Assembly (NCBI GenBank): GCA_046760305.1
Contig: JBHIDX010000005.1
Location: forward strand, 12,150-76,149
Length of the DNA: 64,000 nucleotides
Direction: 5' to 3'
From: Candidatus Aminicenantales bacterium
GTDB lineage: Bacteria; Acidobacteriota; Aminicenantia; Aminicenantales; Aminicenantaceae
The notes below the pieces were generated by a model. The model worked only from the letters and a program-made list of their open reading frames with translations. It was not told the DNA's origin and made no database searches. This document shows positions 9,701 to 19,322 of this stretch, piece after piece (the stretch's first letter is position 1; every line of letters begins with the position of its first letter). Position numbers and translations under genes: made by a program.

Positions 9701-10873
9701 TTAAAAATCTATCCAAACAGCGCCTTTTTTGGAACTCTCGACGCACTTTTCGATGAACTTCACACCGCGCACTCCCTCCTCGACGTGGGGATAATCCAGC
9801 TCTTCTTCGCTCAGCGATTCGCCTCTAAGCTTTTTGCTCAGAGCCTGACAGAAGGTGGAGTAAATGTTGGCGAAGGCTTCAAAATACCCCTCCGGGTGAC
9901 CGGCAGGGATGCGTGAGAAGCTCTGGGCCTGGGGGTAAAGAGTGTCGCGTCCGCGTGAAATTATTTCAGCAGGCCTTTCCAGGTAACAAATACGGGCATA
10001 ATTGGGATTTTCCTGGCACCATTCGAGCGAACCTCTGGTTCCGTAGATTCTGACTCTGAGTCCGTTGTCGTGGCCGACTGCGATCTGTGAACTCCAGTAA
10101 AGGCCTTTTGCTCCACCTTCATAGTTAACAAGAATTGAAGCGTTGTCATCCAGCACTCTACCCTCGACAAAAGTGTCAAGGCGGGCGCAGAGCGAGCTGA
10201 TCTTCAATCCGCTGAGATAAGAAACCATGTTCTCAATATGACTCCCGATGTCTCCGACACAGTTTGAGATACCCGAGCGGGAAGGGTCTGTTCTCCATTC
10301 AGCCTGCTTCTGACCTGTTTTCTCCAGCGCGGTGCTCAACCATTCCTGGGGATATTCAGCGTTAACGAACCTGATGTTTCCCAGCTCTCCCTTAGCAACC
10401 ATTTCTCTCAAATGCTTGACCAGTGGATAACCTGTGTAGGTGTAAGTGACGCAGAAAAGAAGTCCTTTTTCCCCCGAGAGACGCTCGAGCTCCTCTGCTT
10501 CCTTGCTGCTGGTAGTGAGTGGCTTATCGCATACAACGTGAAAATCATGCTCGAGAGCAAGTCTGGAGATAGAATAGTGTGAATCATTAGGGGTGACGAT
10601 GACCACGAAGTCAATCCCATCCTCCCGTCCTGCTTCTTTGCGGAACATTTCTTCAAAGGAAGAGTAAAGACGCTCCTCGTCCAGTCCAAGGCTTTTCCCG
10701 GTGGCGAGAGTGTTTTCATAATTCCTCGAAAAACAACCGGCAACCAGCTTTGCCTTGCCGTCCATGGCAATTGCCTTGCGGTGCACATCTCCGATGAAGG
10801 CACCCTGGCCGCCGCCGACCATGCCGTAGGTGAGCGTGGTCTTCCCCTTACCGCTTGCACTTGCCTCGATCAT
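9701..10873 (-). CDS. Gfo/Idh/MocA family oxidoreductase (cytoplasmic, no signal peptide)
   Basis: GMVGGGQGAFIG Rossmann motif and family-typical C-terminal domain. No Tat or Sec signal. Confidence 0.85.
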   Translation of the reverse strand: MIEASASGKGKTTLTYGMVGGGQGAFIGDVHRKAIAMDGKAKLVAGCFSRNYENTLATGKSLGLDEERLYSSFEEMFRKEAGREDGIDFVVIVTPNDSHYSISRLALEHDFHVVCDKPLTTSSKEAEELERLSGEKGLLFCVTYTYTGYPLVKHLREMVAKGELGNIRFVNAEYPQEWLSTALEKTGQKQAEWRTDPSRSGISNCVGDIGSHIENMVSYLSGLKISSLCARLDTFVEGRVLDDNASILVNYEGGAKGLYWSSQIAVGHDNGLRVRIYGTRGSLEWCQENPNYARICYLERPAEIISRGRDTLYPQAQSFSRIPAGHPEGYFEAFANIYSTFCQALSKKLRGESLSEEELDYPHVEEGVRGVKFIEKCVESSKKGAVWIDF

Positions 10874-10895
10874 GGACCACCTCCTTTTTATGTTC

Positions 10896-13721
10896 TCATT
10901 TTTTTAACTCTTTTTCTATCTTTTCCACAGCAGCTCTAGCCTCCTCCTCCACTCCTTCCTCTTCAACCAGGGAGCGGGCGAACTCAAGCGCCTCCTGGCA
11001 GGGAAAGATAGGTAGAATGCTGAGCACCAGCTTTTTTTCCTCCATCCGTGCCAATCCCATGGTGTTTTTAAGCTCCCTGACTGCATGTTGTGGCAAGCGG
11101 TAGGGCTCAAGGCCAATCATCCTGATGTAGGCTCTAAGGGCGAGGAACTTGAGGACTTTGTTTTTTAATTTCAGGCTCAACTCGAGCAGGTCTTCTTTTG
11201 GAGTGGTGGTAGGCCAGTCAGCCAGAGCACGTATGGCAGCCTCTCTTTCTTCAGGCGTCCCACTTGACACAGCCCTGCGGAGAGAGGGGAGAGAGCTCTC
11301 ATCTCCAATTCTGCCCAGAACTCTGAGCAGAGCGCAGCGGTCGCTTATGTCCGCTGTTGAATCAAGCGCTTCCACCACTGGCCGTGCGCGGCCAGGCCCT
11401 CCTTTTTGCTTTCCAGCCACAGCAGCAATTGTGTTGGCCATTTCTTCTCGTTCTTTTTCCTGAGTTGAAGCAAGCATTATATCTACCAGATGTGGAAGGT
11501 GGGCAGGAGTGGCAATGTTTTTAAGAGATTTTATGGCCTGAAGCCGGATTTCAGCCTCTGAGAAGCGAGCCCGGGAAAGAAGTAGGCTTATCCCCTCCTT
11601 AATCCGTCGTTCGCCGATGGAGCGGATAAGCTCCTGCCGAACACGTGGGTCAGGCAGTTTAATAAGGTTTAAGAGAATCGCTCTCTCAACTTCTTTCCCG
11701 GGCAGCCAGTCGAGGCTTTCCCGGGCCGCCTTCTTTTCTTCTCCAGAACTCAGCGCAGCGCCACGGGCAAGGAGTTCTACGGTGGAGTAGTCACCGAGAG
11801 TTTTAAGGGCTCTTAAGGCAGCTACCCTCACCTCCTTTTGCTTGCTCTGTGCCGCCTGGACAACGGATGAGAGCACTCCAGGTTTGCGGTAGCCGGAGAG
11901 AACTTCGAGCAGCATGACCTGGCTTGAAGGGGGGAGAGAGGGAAGCAGAGCGCTTACAGCCTCTATATTTTCGAGGTCAAAAAAATCCCTGATGAGGGTT
12001 ATAGCTGGTTGGTGCCATTCGATATTCTTTCCTTCCAGTGCTCTGATTATTATCTCCGAGGCGTTAGCGGCCGAAGATATTTTTCCTCTCATGGCAGCCT
12101 GACGAAGGTTGAGGGGAAGTTTCGAGGATATGAGTGCTTCATACATTCTTGAAGCTTCCTCGCTCTTCCCGGCTTCAAGGCGGTTCTCGGCACATTTAAG
12201 CACAGAAGAAGCAACGACTGCTTTTACTTCGCCTGAGGTTTTGTTCATATTTTTGAGGAGAAATTCTGCTGCCTGCGCAGTTCCCACCTGGCCCATCGCT
12301 CTGGCAGCAGCAGCGGCTGTCTCAGGCTGAGCGCCGCGGAGCAGCTTTGAAAGCTGAGGCAGCGAATTCTCAGACTTTCTGTTTCCCAGAGAAGAGATGA
12401 TACCCAGCCTCACTTTCCCTCTGCTTTTTGAAAGCGCCTTTATGAGTGCCTTGGCTGCATCCTGACCGGGAATTTTTTCTAGAGCATACCTTGCAATGTC
12501 AGACGTTTGGAGATGAAGCAGCATTTTCTCCAGCCAAGGAACAGAGAGCGAGGTGCCGATTTCTCTTAACTGCCGCGAGGCTGCCATTTTTGCTGCCAGG
12601 GTAGCATCTGACGCAAGAAAATGGGCAAGGCGTGTCTCACATTCTGCTCTGGATTGAGGTGAATTGCGGTGAGCTCTCACATAGTCCCTGAGCCGGGAGA
12701 GTATTTCTTCGTCCTGACCGTATTCGTAGCTGGCAAGCTCTTTTAGTATTTCCTCCAGCCTCTCAGGCCTGAAATTCTTCCATCGCCTGACATCATCAGG
12801 AGTGCCCGATTCGCGGTAGAGAGCTGGAAAATCTCCTGGTACTTTCTGGGTTACGCTGCCCGTGGCTGCCCATTCTGCACCGCGCTGGAAAGTGACGATA
12901 AAGCCCACGCATTCCATCGATGGGGGATGTTTTTCTCCCATGGCATGGCCAAGGACTGTATGGAAGATTCTCCCCTTACCATACCTGACCGTGAAAAGCA
13001 CTGGTTCATGCCTCCCTGTTCCCAGCTGAGCAGGGTCGCTGTAGGCTGTGGCCAGGACATGAACCTCTTCAGCCGGCCCGCGCAGGAGACTGTAGAGTTC
13101 GTCTCTGGCATGCATCCATCTCTCAGGCAGTCCCCTGGTGATAGGATGAGAGGAGTCACGGTTGACGACCACAAAAGCGTGCTGGTAGCCGTGGTAGCCG
13201 GCAATCCCGGGACTCTTATCCCTGACAATTCTCCCCTTTTCCCAGTAGAGATAGGGTCCGGTAGATTCATCGCGGTTTCCCCATCCCCCTAGCCCTATGA
13301 TTCTGTTGTATTCCTTCCACTGGGGGAAAGAATTGTCAGCCGCGTGGTAGACGACAACACCTCCACCCTGTCTGACATAGCGAACAAATGCCTCCTGGGT
13401 AGAAGAAGACCAGGCATCTCCGTTGTAATCGAGGACAACTACCTGGTAGGAGTCAAACTCGGGCCTGAAAAGGGACATGTCCTTTCCCCTGGGAGGGCTG
13501 GCCGCCACCTCCACCTCAAACATACCCGTCTCCTCTAATATCTTTTTAAGGATGGAGCTGCTTGTCTTCCAGTCGTGATTGTTCTGTCCCGTGACAATCA
13601 GTGCCTTAAGAGAAGAGGCTGAAAGTGGTGAAGAAAAGGATGCCCAAAAGAGAAGGGCCAGGATAATGGGGGTGAGAATGAATTTTGTTTTTTTTGCTTT
13701 TTTTATGCCCATTTTATTCAC
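10896..13721 (-). CDS. Secreted ThuA-like domain protein fused to a long HEAT/PBS-lyase repeat region
   Basis: Sec signal. N-terminal ThuA (trehalose-utilisation, GATase1-like) pattern ALIVTG..H.......VVVLDYNGD......GGGVVVYHAADNSF. C-terminal 600 aa of HEAT-like repeats (ARYALEKIPG, RVRQELIRSIG). No CxxCH. Confidence 0.75.
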   Translation of the reverse strand: MNKMGIKKAKKTKFILTPIILALLFWASFSSPLSASSLKALIVTGQNNHDWKTSSSILKKILEETGMFEVEVAASPPRGKDMSLFRPEFDSYQVVVLDYNGDAWSSSTQEAFVRYVRQGGGVVVYHAADNSFPQWKEYNRIIGLGGWGNRDESTGPYLYWEKGRIVRDKSPGIAGYHGYQHAFVVVNRDSSHPITRGLPERWMHARDELYSLLRGPAEEVHVLATAYSDPAQLGTGRHEPVLFTVRYGKGRIFHTVLGHAMGEKHPPSMECVGFIVTFQRGAEWAATGSVTQKVPGDFPALYRESGTPDDVRRWKNFRPERLEEILKELASYEYGQDEEILSRLRDYVRAHRNSPQSRAECETRLAHFLASDATLAAKMAASRQLREIGTSLSVPWLEKMLLHLQTSDIARYALEKIPGQDAAKALIKALSKSRGKVRLGIISSLGNRKSENSLPQLSKLLRGAQPETAAAAARAMGQVGTAQAAEFLLKNMNKTSGEVKAVVASSVLKCAENRLEAGKSEEASRMYEALISSKLPLNLRQAAMRGKISSAANASEIIIRALEGKNIEWHQPAITLIRDFFDLENIEAVSALLPSLPPSSQVMLLEVLSGYRKPGVLSSVVQAAQSKQKEVRVAALRALKTLGDYSTVELLARGAALSSGEEKKAARESLDWLPGKEVERAILLNLIKLPDPRVRQELIRSIGERRIKEGISLLLSRARFSEAEIRLQAIKSLKNIATPAHLPHLVDIMLASTQEKEREEMANTIAAVAGKQKGGPGRARPVVEALDSTADISDRCALLRVLGRIGDESSLPSLRRAVSSGTPEEREAAIRALADWPTTTPKEDLLELSLKLKNKVLKFLALRAYIRMIGLEPYRLPQHAVRELKNTMGLARMEEKKLVLSILPIFPCQEALEFARSLVEEEGVEEEARAAVEKIEKELKK

Positions 13722-13739
13722 CTTTTGACGCTCGTTTTC

Positions 13740-15044
13740 TCAGAGGCCGAGCTGCCAGGGACTCCTGTAGGAGCGTCCTAGCAGGCGCGCTGCCTCCGCA
13801 TCGCCGATAATTTCCTCCTTTTCCGGATTAAAACGAATCTTGCGCCCCAGTTCCATGGCTATCCCACCCAGATGACCGACACTTGCTGAGCGGTGGGCGA
13901 CTTCGATCGGAGTTATCGTCTGCCTCCTGCTTTTCACGCAGTCGAGAAAATTCTGGTAGTGGTCCCTGCTTCTGTAGAGACGAATCTCATTCGGTCCGAT
14001 TCGTTCATTGAGAATCTCCTGAGGATGAGCCTCAAGTCCTCCTCGGTTAACCCAGATCCACCCGTATTCTCCTATCCATTTTGTGCCAGGTCGAATCTCT
14101 TCGTGTCCGCCCGCAATATCCATCGGCGTGCCGTCTGCGTACCTGGCTTTAAGGTAGTAACGGGTGGGACTGTTCCACACGCCCCGCCTCGGGAATTCGC
14201 CCCAGCCCTCGATCTCAACAGGTCCGGTGAGGTCAAAACCCAGACCCCAGTGAGCAATGTCGACATGATGGCCGACCCAGTCCATGAGCTGGCCGCCGCC
14301 AAAATCCATGACCCAGCGCCAGTTCCTGTGCACCTTTGCCGGACAGTAAGGCGAATAGGGAGCAGGTCCCACCCAGAAATCATAATCGAGTTCTGAGGGA
14401 GGAGGCCCTATTTTCTCCTGCCCTTTTGTCCCGGCAAAGTCATAGTGACCTGATGGAAGTCCAACCTCGACTTTGAGAATCTTCCCCATGCGGCCGTTGC
14501 GGACGAGCTCGCAGGCGTGATGGAAGTTTTCCACTGAGCGCTGCCAGCTTCCTGTCTGCCAGATGCGGCTGTAGCGCTTTACTGCCTCACACATTGCTCG
14601 ACCCTCGAGGAGGCTGTGGGAGAGAGGCTTTTCGCCGTAAATATCAAATCCTGCGCGGGCACACTCGATAGCAGGAATGGCATGCCAGTGGTCTGGCAGA
14701 GCGATGGAGACAGCATCTATGTCAGTTCGCTGGCAGAGCTCCCTGAAATCCTTGTAGGTGGCACAGTCTCTGTTGCCGTACTTCTGGTTTACGATATCCC
14801 GGGCTTGGCGCAGGTGGTTTTCGTCCACGTCACACACTGCTACCCATTGAACCTCCTTTTTTTCCAGGAAGGCTTTCATGTTGGGAATGCCCATCATGCC
14901 AAAGCCGATGCCGGCCATGACGATGCGGTTGGAAGGAGGAACAGCCTTTCCCTTCCCCAGTACCGGAGAGGGAATGATGGCAGGAGCGGCAAAAGTTCCG
15001 GCCGCTGCCAGGGAAAGCTTTTTCAAAAAATCTCTTCTCTTCAT
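13740..15044 (-). CDS. Tat-exported Gfo/Idh/MocA family oxidoreductase
   Basis: Twin-arginine signal KRRDFLKKLSLAAAG. GIGFGMMG Rossmann motif. Gfo/Idh/MocA C-terminal domain. Confidence 0.85.
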   Translation of the reverse strand: MKRRDFLKKLSLAAAGTFAAPAIIPSPVLGKGKAVPPSNRIVMAGIGFGMMGIPNMKAFLEKKEVQWVAVCDVDENHLRQARDIVNQKYGNRDCATYKDFRELCQRTDIDAVSIALPDHWHAIPAIECARAGFDIYGEKPLSHSLLEGRAMCEAVKRYSRIWQTGSWQRSVENFHHACELVRNGRMGKILKVEVGLPSGHYDFAGTKGQEKIGPPPSELDYDFWVGPAPYSPYCPAKVHRNWRWVMDFGGGQLMDWVGHHVDIAHWGLGFDLTGPVEIEGWGEFPRRGVWNSPTRYYLKARYADGTPMDIAGGHEEIRPGTKWIGEYGWIWVNRGGLEAHPQEILNERIGPNEIRLYRSRDHYQNFLDCVKSRRQTITPIEVAHRSASVGHLGGIAMELGRKIRFNPEKEEIIGDAEAARLLGRSYRSPWQLGL

Positions 15045-15433
15045 CCCTTTCTCCTTATTCTTATTCTGCTTATTGTTGTTTGGCTAACACAACTGATTGA
15101 TAATAAATAAAATAAATCTATTTTGAGCCCTTTTTTAGCCCTTAGAATGCATTTTTTGGCCCTGAATCGGTGTTCTAACACATTTCTTCTTATCTAATGC
15201 TAATGTTTTTTCAGCTTAAGTGTCAATTCTCTTTGATGAGCATCCGCAATTCCATGACAATTATGCTCTGAAAAAGCCCCTTCCCCAGTTCATCTTTCGG
15301 TGTTTGTGCAGAGGACGGAGCCTCACCCCGCCCCATGCACTTATTTTATTCATTATAATGGATTTGAGATGTTTGGGTATCTTTGTTATATGCGGATCAG
15401 GCAGCGAAAAGGAACGGAATTATGAGAGAGCTT

Positions 15434-17866
15434 TTAGTGCCATTCTCTGGAGAGAGCTTTGAGTTCAACAGCTTCCACTTTCCTGTATACTTTGTTGAAA
15501 GGAAGCCTTTTCCCCCTGACACTGAGCAGGCGGTCAACAGATATTGAGAAAAGTCTTTGGTTCTCTTTAAGGTAAGGGAGGATGAGCTCCCAGTCTTTTT
15601 CCCCTAGCTCAGTAAATTTTCCTCCGTTGAGCTGCCCCTCTTCGACCACGCGGTGTGGGTCTCTGAAGTAGATGGCCCCGCCTGAGGCGAGTGAGAAAAG
15701 GTTTCCTCCCGGGTAAGGGGTCTCCAGGTCAACGATTTCGCCTCTTTCATTGAAGGTGAGACCATTGAGGATGATGAATCCGCCTCCGTTGAAGGGGTCT
15801 CCTGCCATGAATGATTCTGCCAGATAATCAAGGCATGTACCGTTGATGACAACCCTTGGATGTCCGACTGCATTAATGAGCGGCCTTCCAGCAGCATTGC
15901 CGAGGACATAGGCCTCTCCTCCTTTTGCGCCGTACATGAAAGTCTGCCCAACATCGCCGTAAATTACCAGCTTGCCGCTCTTCATTATCTGAGCTACCTG
16001 ATCCTGAGCATTCTCGTGGACGTAGATTTCAGCCCCGTCCATCCCTGAGGCGAGATAGTCACCCGAACTGCCGTAGACATCAATCCGCACCCCATCTGAA
16101 CCGGGCCCGAGTCCGCACCCGCAGAACCTCTGTCCTCTCCAATTGAGAGTAATGAAATTTTTCCATCCCATCTCATAAGCAGTAACGATGAATCTCGATA
16201 TTGAGTCCTCGCCTTCGCTTGGAAATTCCTGACTGTCAATGACCAGAACCTCTCCCTCTTTTCGAGGTGGCCTAAGCGAACCTCTCCTCTTCCACTCCAG
16301 AAGATGATAGAGAGATTCATCTCTTCCCCCCGCCAAAGATGAGAAAAGCTCATTCAGTGAATTTTCACAGTCGTGCATGAGACGCGCCCTGTCTTTTACT
16401 GGCAGCCGCCACCTGCGGTCAATTACTTCTGTGAGGCTGCGAATCCTGTCCGAGATTTTCTCATCTGAACGGTATTCTCCTCCAGGTAGGACACTCACCG
16501 GGCAGTCGTGTTCGCGGCTGGTTGAGATCTTTTTCCCGAATTTATCTTTCACAATCAGGTCATTGTCTCTCACGGTGAAGACAAAAGCTCCTCCATCAGT
16601 GTAGCTACCACCCCGGGCATTCCAGTAAATGTCAGCGTAGGGCATGAACCTTTTGTCCTCTCGGTGAAGGCTGCGCAGGGTGGCATCAATGGCCTGCTTT
16701 TCGCTGGCCACAAGACCCACTCTGACGCCGTTTTCATAAAGGGCAAACACCTGAGGCCTGAGCATAGAGGTATCCGTTATTCCGATGAGCTGAAATCCCT
16801 GGCTGCCAGCAAGAGTTCTCCCGATGATAAAAAACCAAGGCCCGTCAGGAGAGCTGTGAATGTGAGAAGCCTGCAGGAGGCGGTAGATTCTTCTTTTCTC
16901 TTCAGGAAGAAGAGTAAAATCTCTCTCTGTAGTGGGGGCCATGGCTTCGATAGTATATTCAAGCGGGTATTCGTATACTCTGTTGTAGAGGTCGAAAAGG
17001 AGTACAGAGACCTCGGTGTCGGTCAGGAAAAGGGGATGGATATTTCTCTGGCCGAGATATTCGGTTATCGAATGATAGTTGGCAAAGTCGCCGTTATGCA
17101 CCAGCGCCTCATCCATGCCCGCAAAAGGATGCGCTCCTCCAGGATGCCATACTTTTCCTTTGGTGGGATAGCGCTGATGGCCTATCCAGATATGAGCCTT
17201 AAGCTCCTCGAGAAGATAATAGTGGATGGCCTGTTCCGCATAGCCCACGATCTTGAGGATGAACATGTTTCTCCCATGGGAGAGAACAAAAGCTCTCTTT
17301 TCCCCGAGCGAGGTGTAAAATTTTCTGTTCAGCCTGTAGGAGTTCTGGTAGATAAACTCATCTTCCACTTTCTCCTTCGGCAGCCCATTCAGTCCGTTTT
17401 CTTTCCTGAATTTGCGAAGATTTGCTTCCTTTACCCGGGAGAAATACCTCCACACCTCAGGCGGTTTCATCTCCAGCCCGGGAATGCCTTTCCAGTCCTT
17501 TACTGTGGGAAGCCTGTGATAGGCATGGACTTCGAGCGAGTCAAATATAAACTCTTTCTCAACCTCTTTTCTCGAGGCAGGATCGAGATAAGCAACCTGG
17601 ATAAGGTAGTCGTTCTCGAGTATTTCTCTGCTCACTCCGAGCTGAGAAGGTTCGAGCCCGAAGGCAGCCATGCCCCCGCCCTTGCTGTTTCCCCGGTTAT
17701 GCATCTGGATGCAGGCCTGCAGGATGTGCCTGCCGGCAATCTTCTCGCTGCAGGCGAGGCCGACCACCCCGCAGCCCCCTTCGGTTGCTTCTTTACGGAG
17801 CTCACCGCCTGAAGGGAGGAGGTTCCGGCGCGAATCGATGAGCTTTATACTCAGTTCATTTTCCAT
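15434..17866 (-). CDS. Glutamate-synthase-like protein: class-II glutamine amidotransferase domain fused to a GXGXG (GltB C-terminal) domain
   Basis: N-terminal CGVVG...NRGNSKGGGMAAFG (Ntn-type GATase; catalytic Cys follows a roughly 31-aa propeptide). C-terminal WRGQRFCGCGLGPG...YGDVGQTFMYGAKGGEAYVLGNAAGRP GXGXG repeats. Confidence 0.8.
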   Translation of the reverse strand: MENELSIKLIDSRRNLLPSGGELRKEATEGGCGVVGLACSEKIAGRHILQACIQMHNRGNSKGGGMAAFGLEPSQLGVSREILENDYLIQVAYLDPASRKEVEKEFIFDSLEVHAYHRLPTVKDWKGIPGLEMKPPEVWRYFSRVKEANLRKFRKENGLNGLPKEKVEDEFIYQNSYRLNRKFYTSLGEKRAFVLSHGRNMFILKIVGYAEQAIHYYLLEELKAHIWIGHQRYPTKGKVWHPGGAHPFAGMDEALVHNGDFANYHSITEYLGQRNIHPLFLTDTEVSVLLFDLYNRVYEYPLEYTIEAMAPTTERDFTLLPEEKRRIYRLLQASHIHSSPDGPWFFIIGRTLAGSQGFQLIGITDTSMLRPQVFALYENGVRVGLVASEKQAIDATLRSLHREDKRFMPYADIYWNARGGSYTDGGAFVFTVRDNDLIVKDKFGKKISTSREHDCPVSVLPGGEYRSDEKISDRIRSLTEVIDRRWRLPVKDRARLMHDCENSLNELFSSLAGGRDESLYHLLEWKRRGSLRPPRKEGEVLVIDSQEFPSEGEDSISRFIVTAYEMGWKNFITLNWRGQRFCGCGLGPGSDGVRIDVYGSSGDYLASGMDGAEIYVHENAQDQVAQIMKSGKLVIYGDVGQTFMYGAKGGEAYVLGNAAGRPLINAVGHPRVVINGTCLDYLAESFMAGDPFNGGGFIILNGLTFNERGEIVDLETPYPGGNLFSLASGGAIYFRDPHRVVEEGQLNGGKFTELGEKDWELILPYLKENQRLFSISVDRLLSVRGKRLPFNKVYRKVEAVELKALSREWH

Positions 17867-19322
17867 CTTTATACCTCAAGAGGTCAGTCCTTCCCCTCAA
17901 CTCGCCGATATTTTTTAAACCGAGTCGGTAAAGTATAAGCTTTAGCTGCTTCTGCCAGGAAGCATAGAGATTGATGATGCGCTGTGCACCCCACGAGGGC
18001 TCTATCTGTGTTTCGAGTTCAGAGTCAGTGGTGGCAATTCCCCGCGGACATCCCTTGCCGCTCTCACAGTTTCCGCAGCGAACGCAGCCCAGGGCTACAA
18101 GTTCCGCTGTTCCGATTATCACCCCGTCTGCTCCGAGCGCGATTGATTTGGCGATATCGTAGGCATTCCGGATTCCTCCGCTGGCCATGAGAACCACCTC
18201 GTCGCGCACTCCCTCTTCGATGAGGAATCTGTGTACCTTGGTAATGGCGTATTCGATGGGCATGGCGATATTCTTTTTGGCAATCTCAGGTGCAGCTCCA
18301 GTTCCTCCGTATCCTCCGTCAAGGTTGATGATGTTTGCTCCAGCGTAGTAGCTTCCCACAGCCACCATGTCAACGTCGACTGGAGTTGAAACTTTGACCG
18401 AGATTATGGCATCGGGATTGATTGTTTTTACCCAGTCAAGATGCTTTTTGTGGTCTTCAACTGAGTAGACACTGTGAAAGGGAAAAGGAGAAAAAAGGGA
18501 GGTCCAGGCAACTGCCTCTCTCATCCCGGCGACAACAGGCGTATTTTTATCTCCGAGTAAATGGCCTCCCAACCCCGGCTTTGCTCCCTGTGCGTACTTG
18601 AACTCGATAATCCTTGCTCTTTTTATTGTCTCCTCCCGCACTCCGAACATACCGGTGGCTATCTGGGTGATGATATGGTTCTGGTAGGGAACCAATTCTT
18701 CAGGATAGCCGCCTTCACCCGTTGAGGTAAAAGTTCCCCAGCTCTTGGCAGCTTCTGCCCGTGAAAGCATGGTGGGCAGGCTTATCGAGCCAAAGGACAT
18801 GCCAGCACCATACCAGGGGATGGGGATAACAATTTTCGCTCCTTCTTCTCTTCTGTTTAGAGAGAGTGAAGTGTCAACCGCAGAAAGGTCTTCTTCAGCT
18901 TCTCGAGCGTTCCATTTAAAATCGAAAACATCAAATCCCCCTCCTGAGTCGCCGAAACGATGTTCGAAACAGTCAGGGGGCAGTTCCCCTCTTTCTGCTT
19001 CAAGCCAGGTACTGAGAATGAGATCCTGCGTCCAGCGGTAGTCTCCGAGCGACTTCCACTGGGGATCAGCTTCGATGGAAATGGCATCCACAGGGCATTT
19101 TCTCCTGCAGAAGTAGGCACCAGACGCACAGTCAGCTCCCCTGCAGAAAGAAGAGCGGAGGGGAAGGACAAAGTTTGTACCTTCTGTTCTTTCGAAAACA
19201 CGATGGGGACAGATGTCAACACAGAGCCCGCAGTGAAAGCATTCAGGACTGAGGGAGACTTTATATTTCCCGATTTGGTAAAGAAAACGGGAAGGACAGT
19301 AGCTTGCTCTGGCTTCCTTCAT
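17856..19322 (-). CDS. Glutamate-synthase FMN-binding (GltB central) domain protein with N-terminal 2x[4Fe-4S] ferredoxin domain (archaeal-type)
   Basis: CGLCVDICP and CRRKCP cluster motifs. LDGGYGGTGAAP FMN/substrate signature. C-terminal CVRCGNCESGKGCP. Confidence 0.8.
   Translation of the reverse strand: MKEARASYCPSRFLYQIGKYKVSLSPECFHCGLCVDICPHRVFERTEGTNFVLPLRSSFCRGADCASGAYFCRRKCPVDAISIEADPQWKSLGDYRWTQDLILSTWLEAERGELPPDCFEHRFGDSGGGFDVFDFKWNAREAEEDLSAVDTSLSLNRREEGAKIVIPIPWYGAGMSFGSISLPTMLSRAEAAKSWGTFTSTGEGGYPEELVPYQNHIITQIATGMFGVREETIKRARIIEFKYAQGAKPGLGGHLLGDKNTPVVAGMREAVAWTSLFSPFPFHSVYSVEDHKKHLDWVKTINPDAIISVKVSTPVDVDMVAVGSYYAGANIINLDGGYGGTGAAPEIAKKNIAMPIEYAITKVHRFLIEEGVRDEVVLMASGGIRNAYDIAKSIALGADGVIIGTAELVALGCVRCGNCESGKGCPRGIATTDSELETQIEPSWGAQRIINLYASWQKQLKLILYRLGLKNIGELRGRTDLLRYKDGK

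Noticed and set aside
15220-15462. 80-aa plus-strand ORF in the long intergenic region
   Set aside because: No RBS, odd composition, and it runs into the 3' end of the minus-strand GltB-like gene. More likely non-coding leader sequence.
16664-17812. 382-aa plus-strand ORF lying entirely inside the minus-strand GATase/GXGXG gene
   Set aside because: No recognisable domain and low-complexity composition. It is antisense to a gene with strong family signatures, so it is most likely a spurious shadow ORF.
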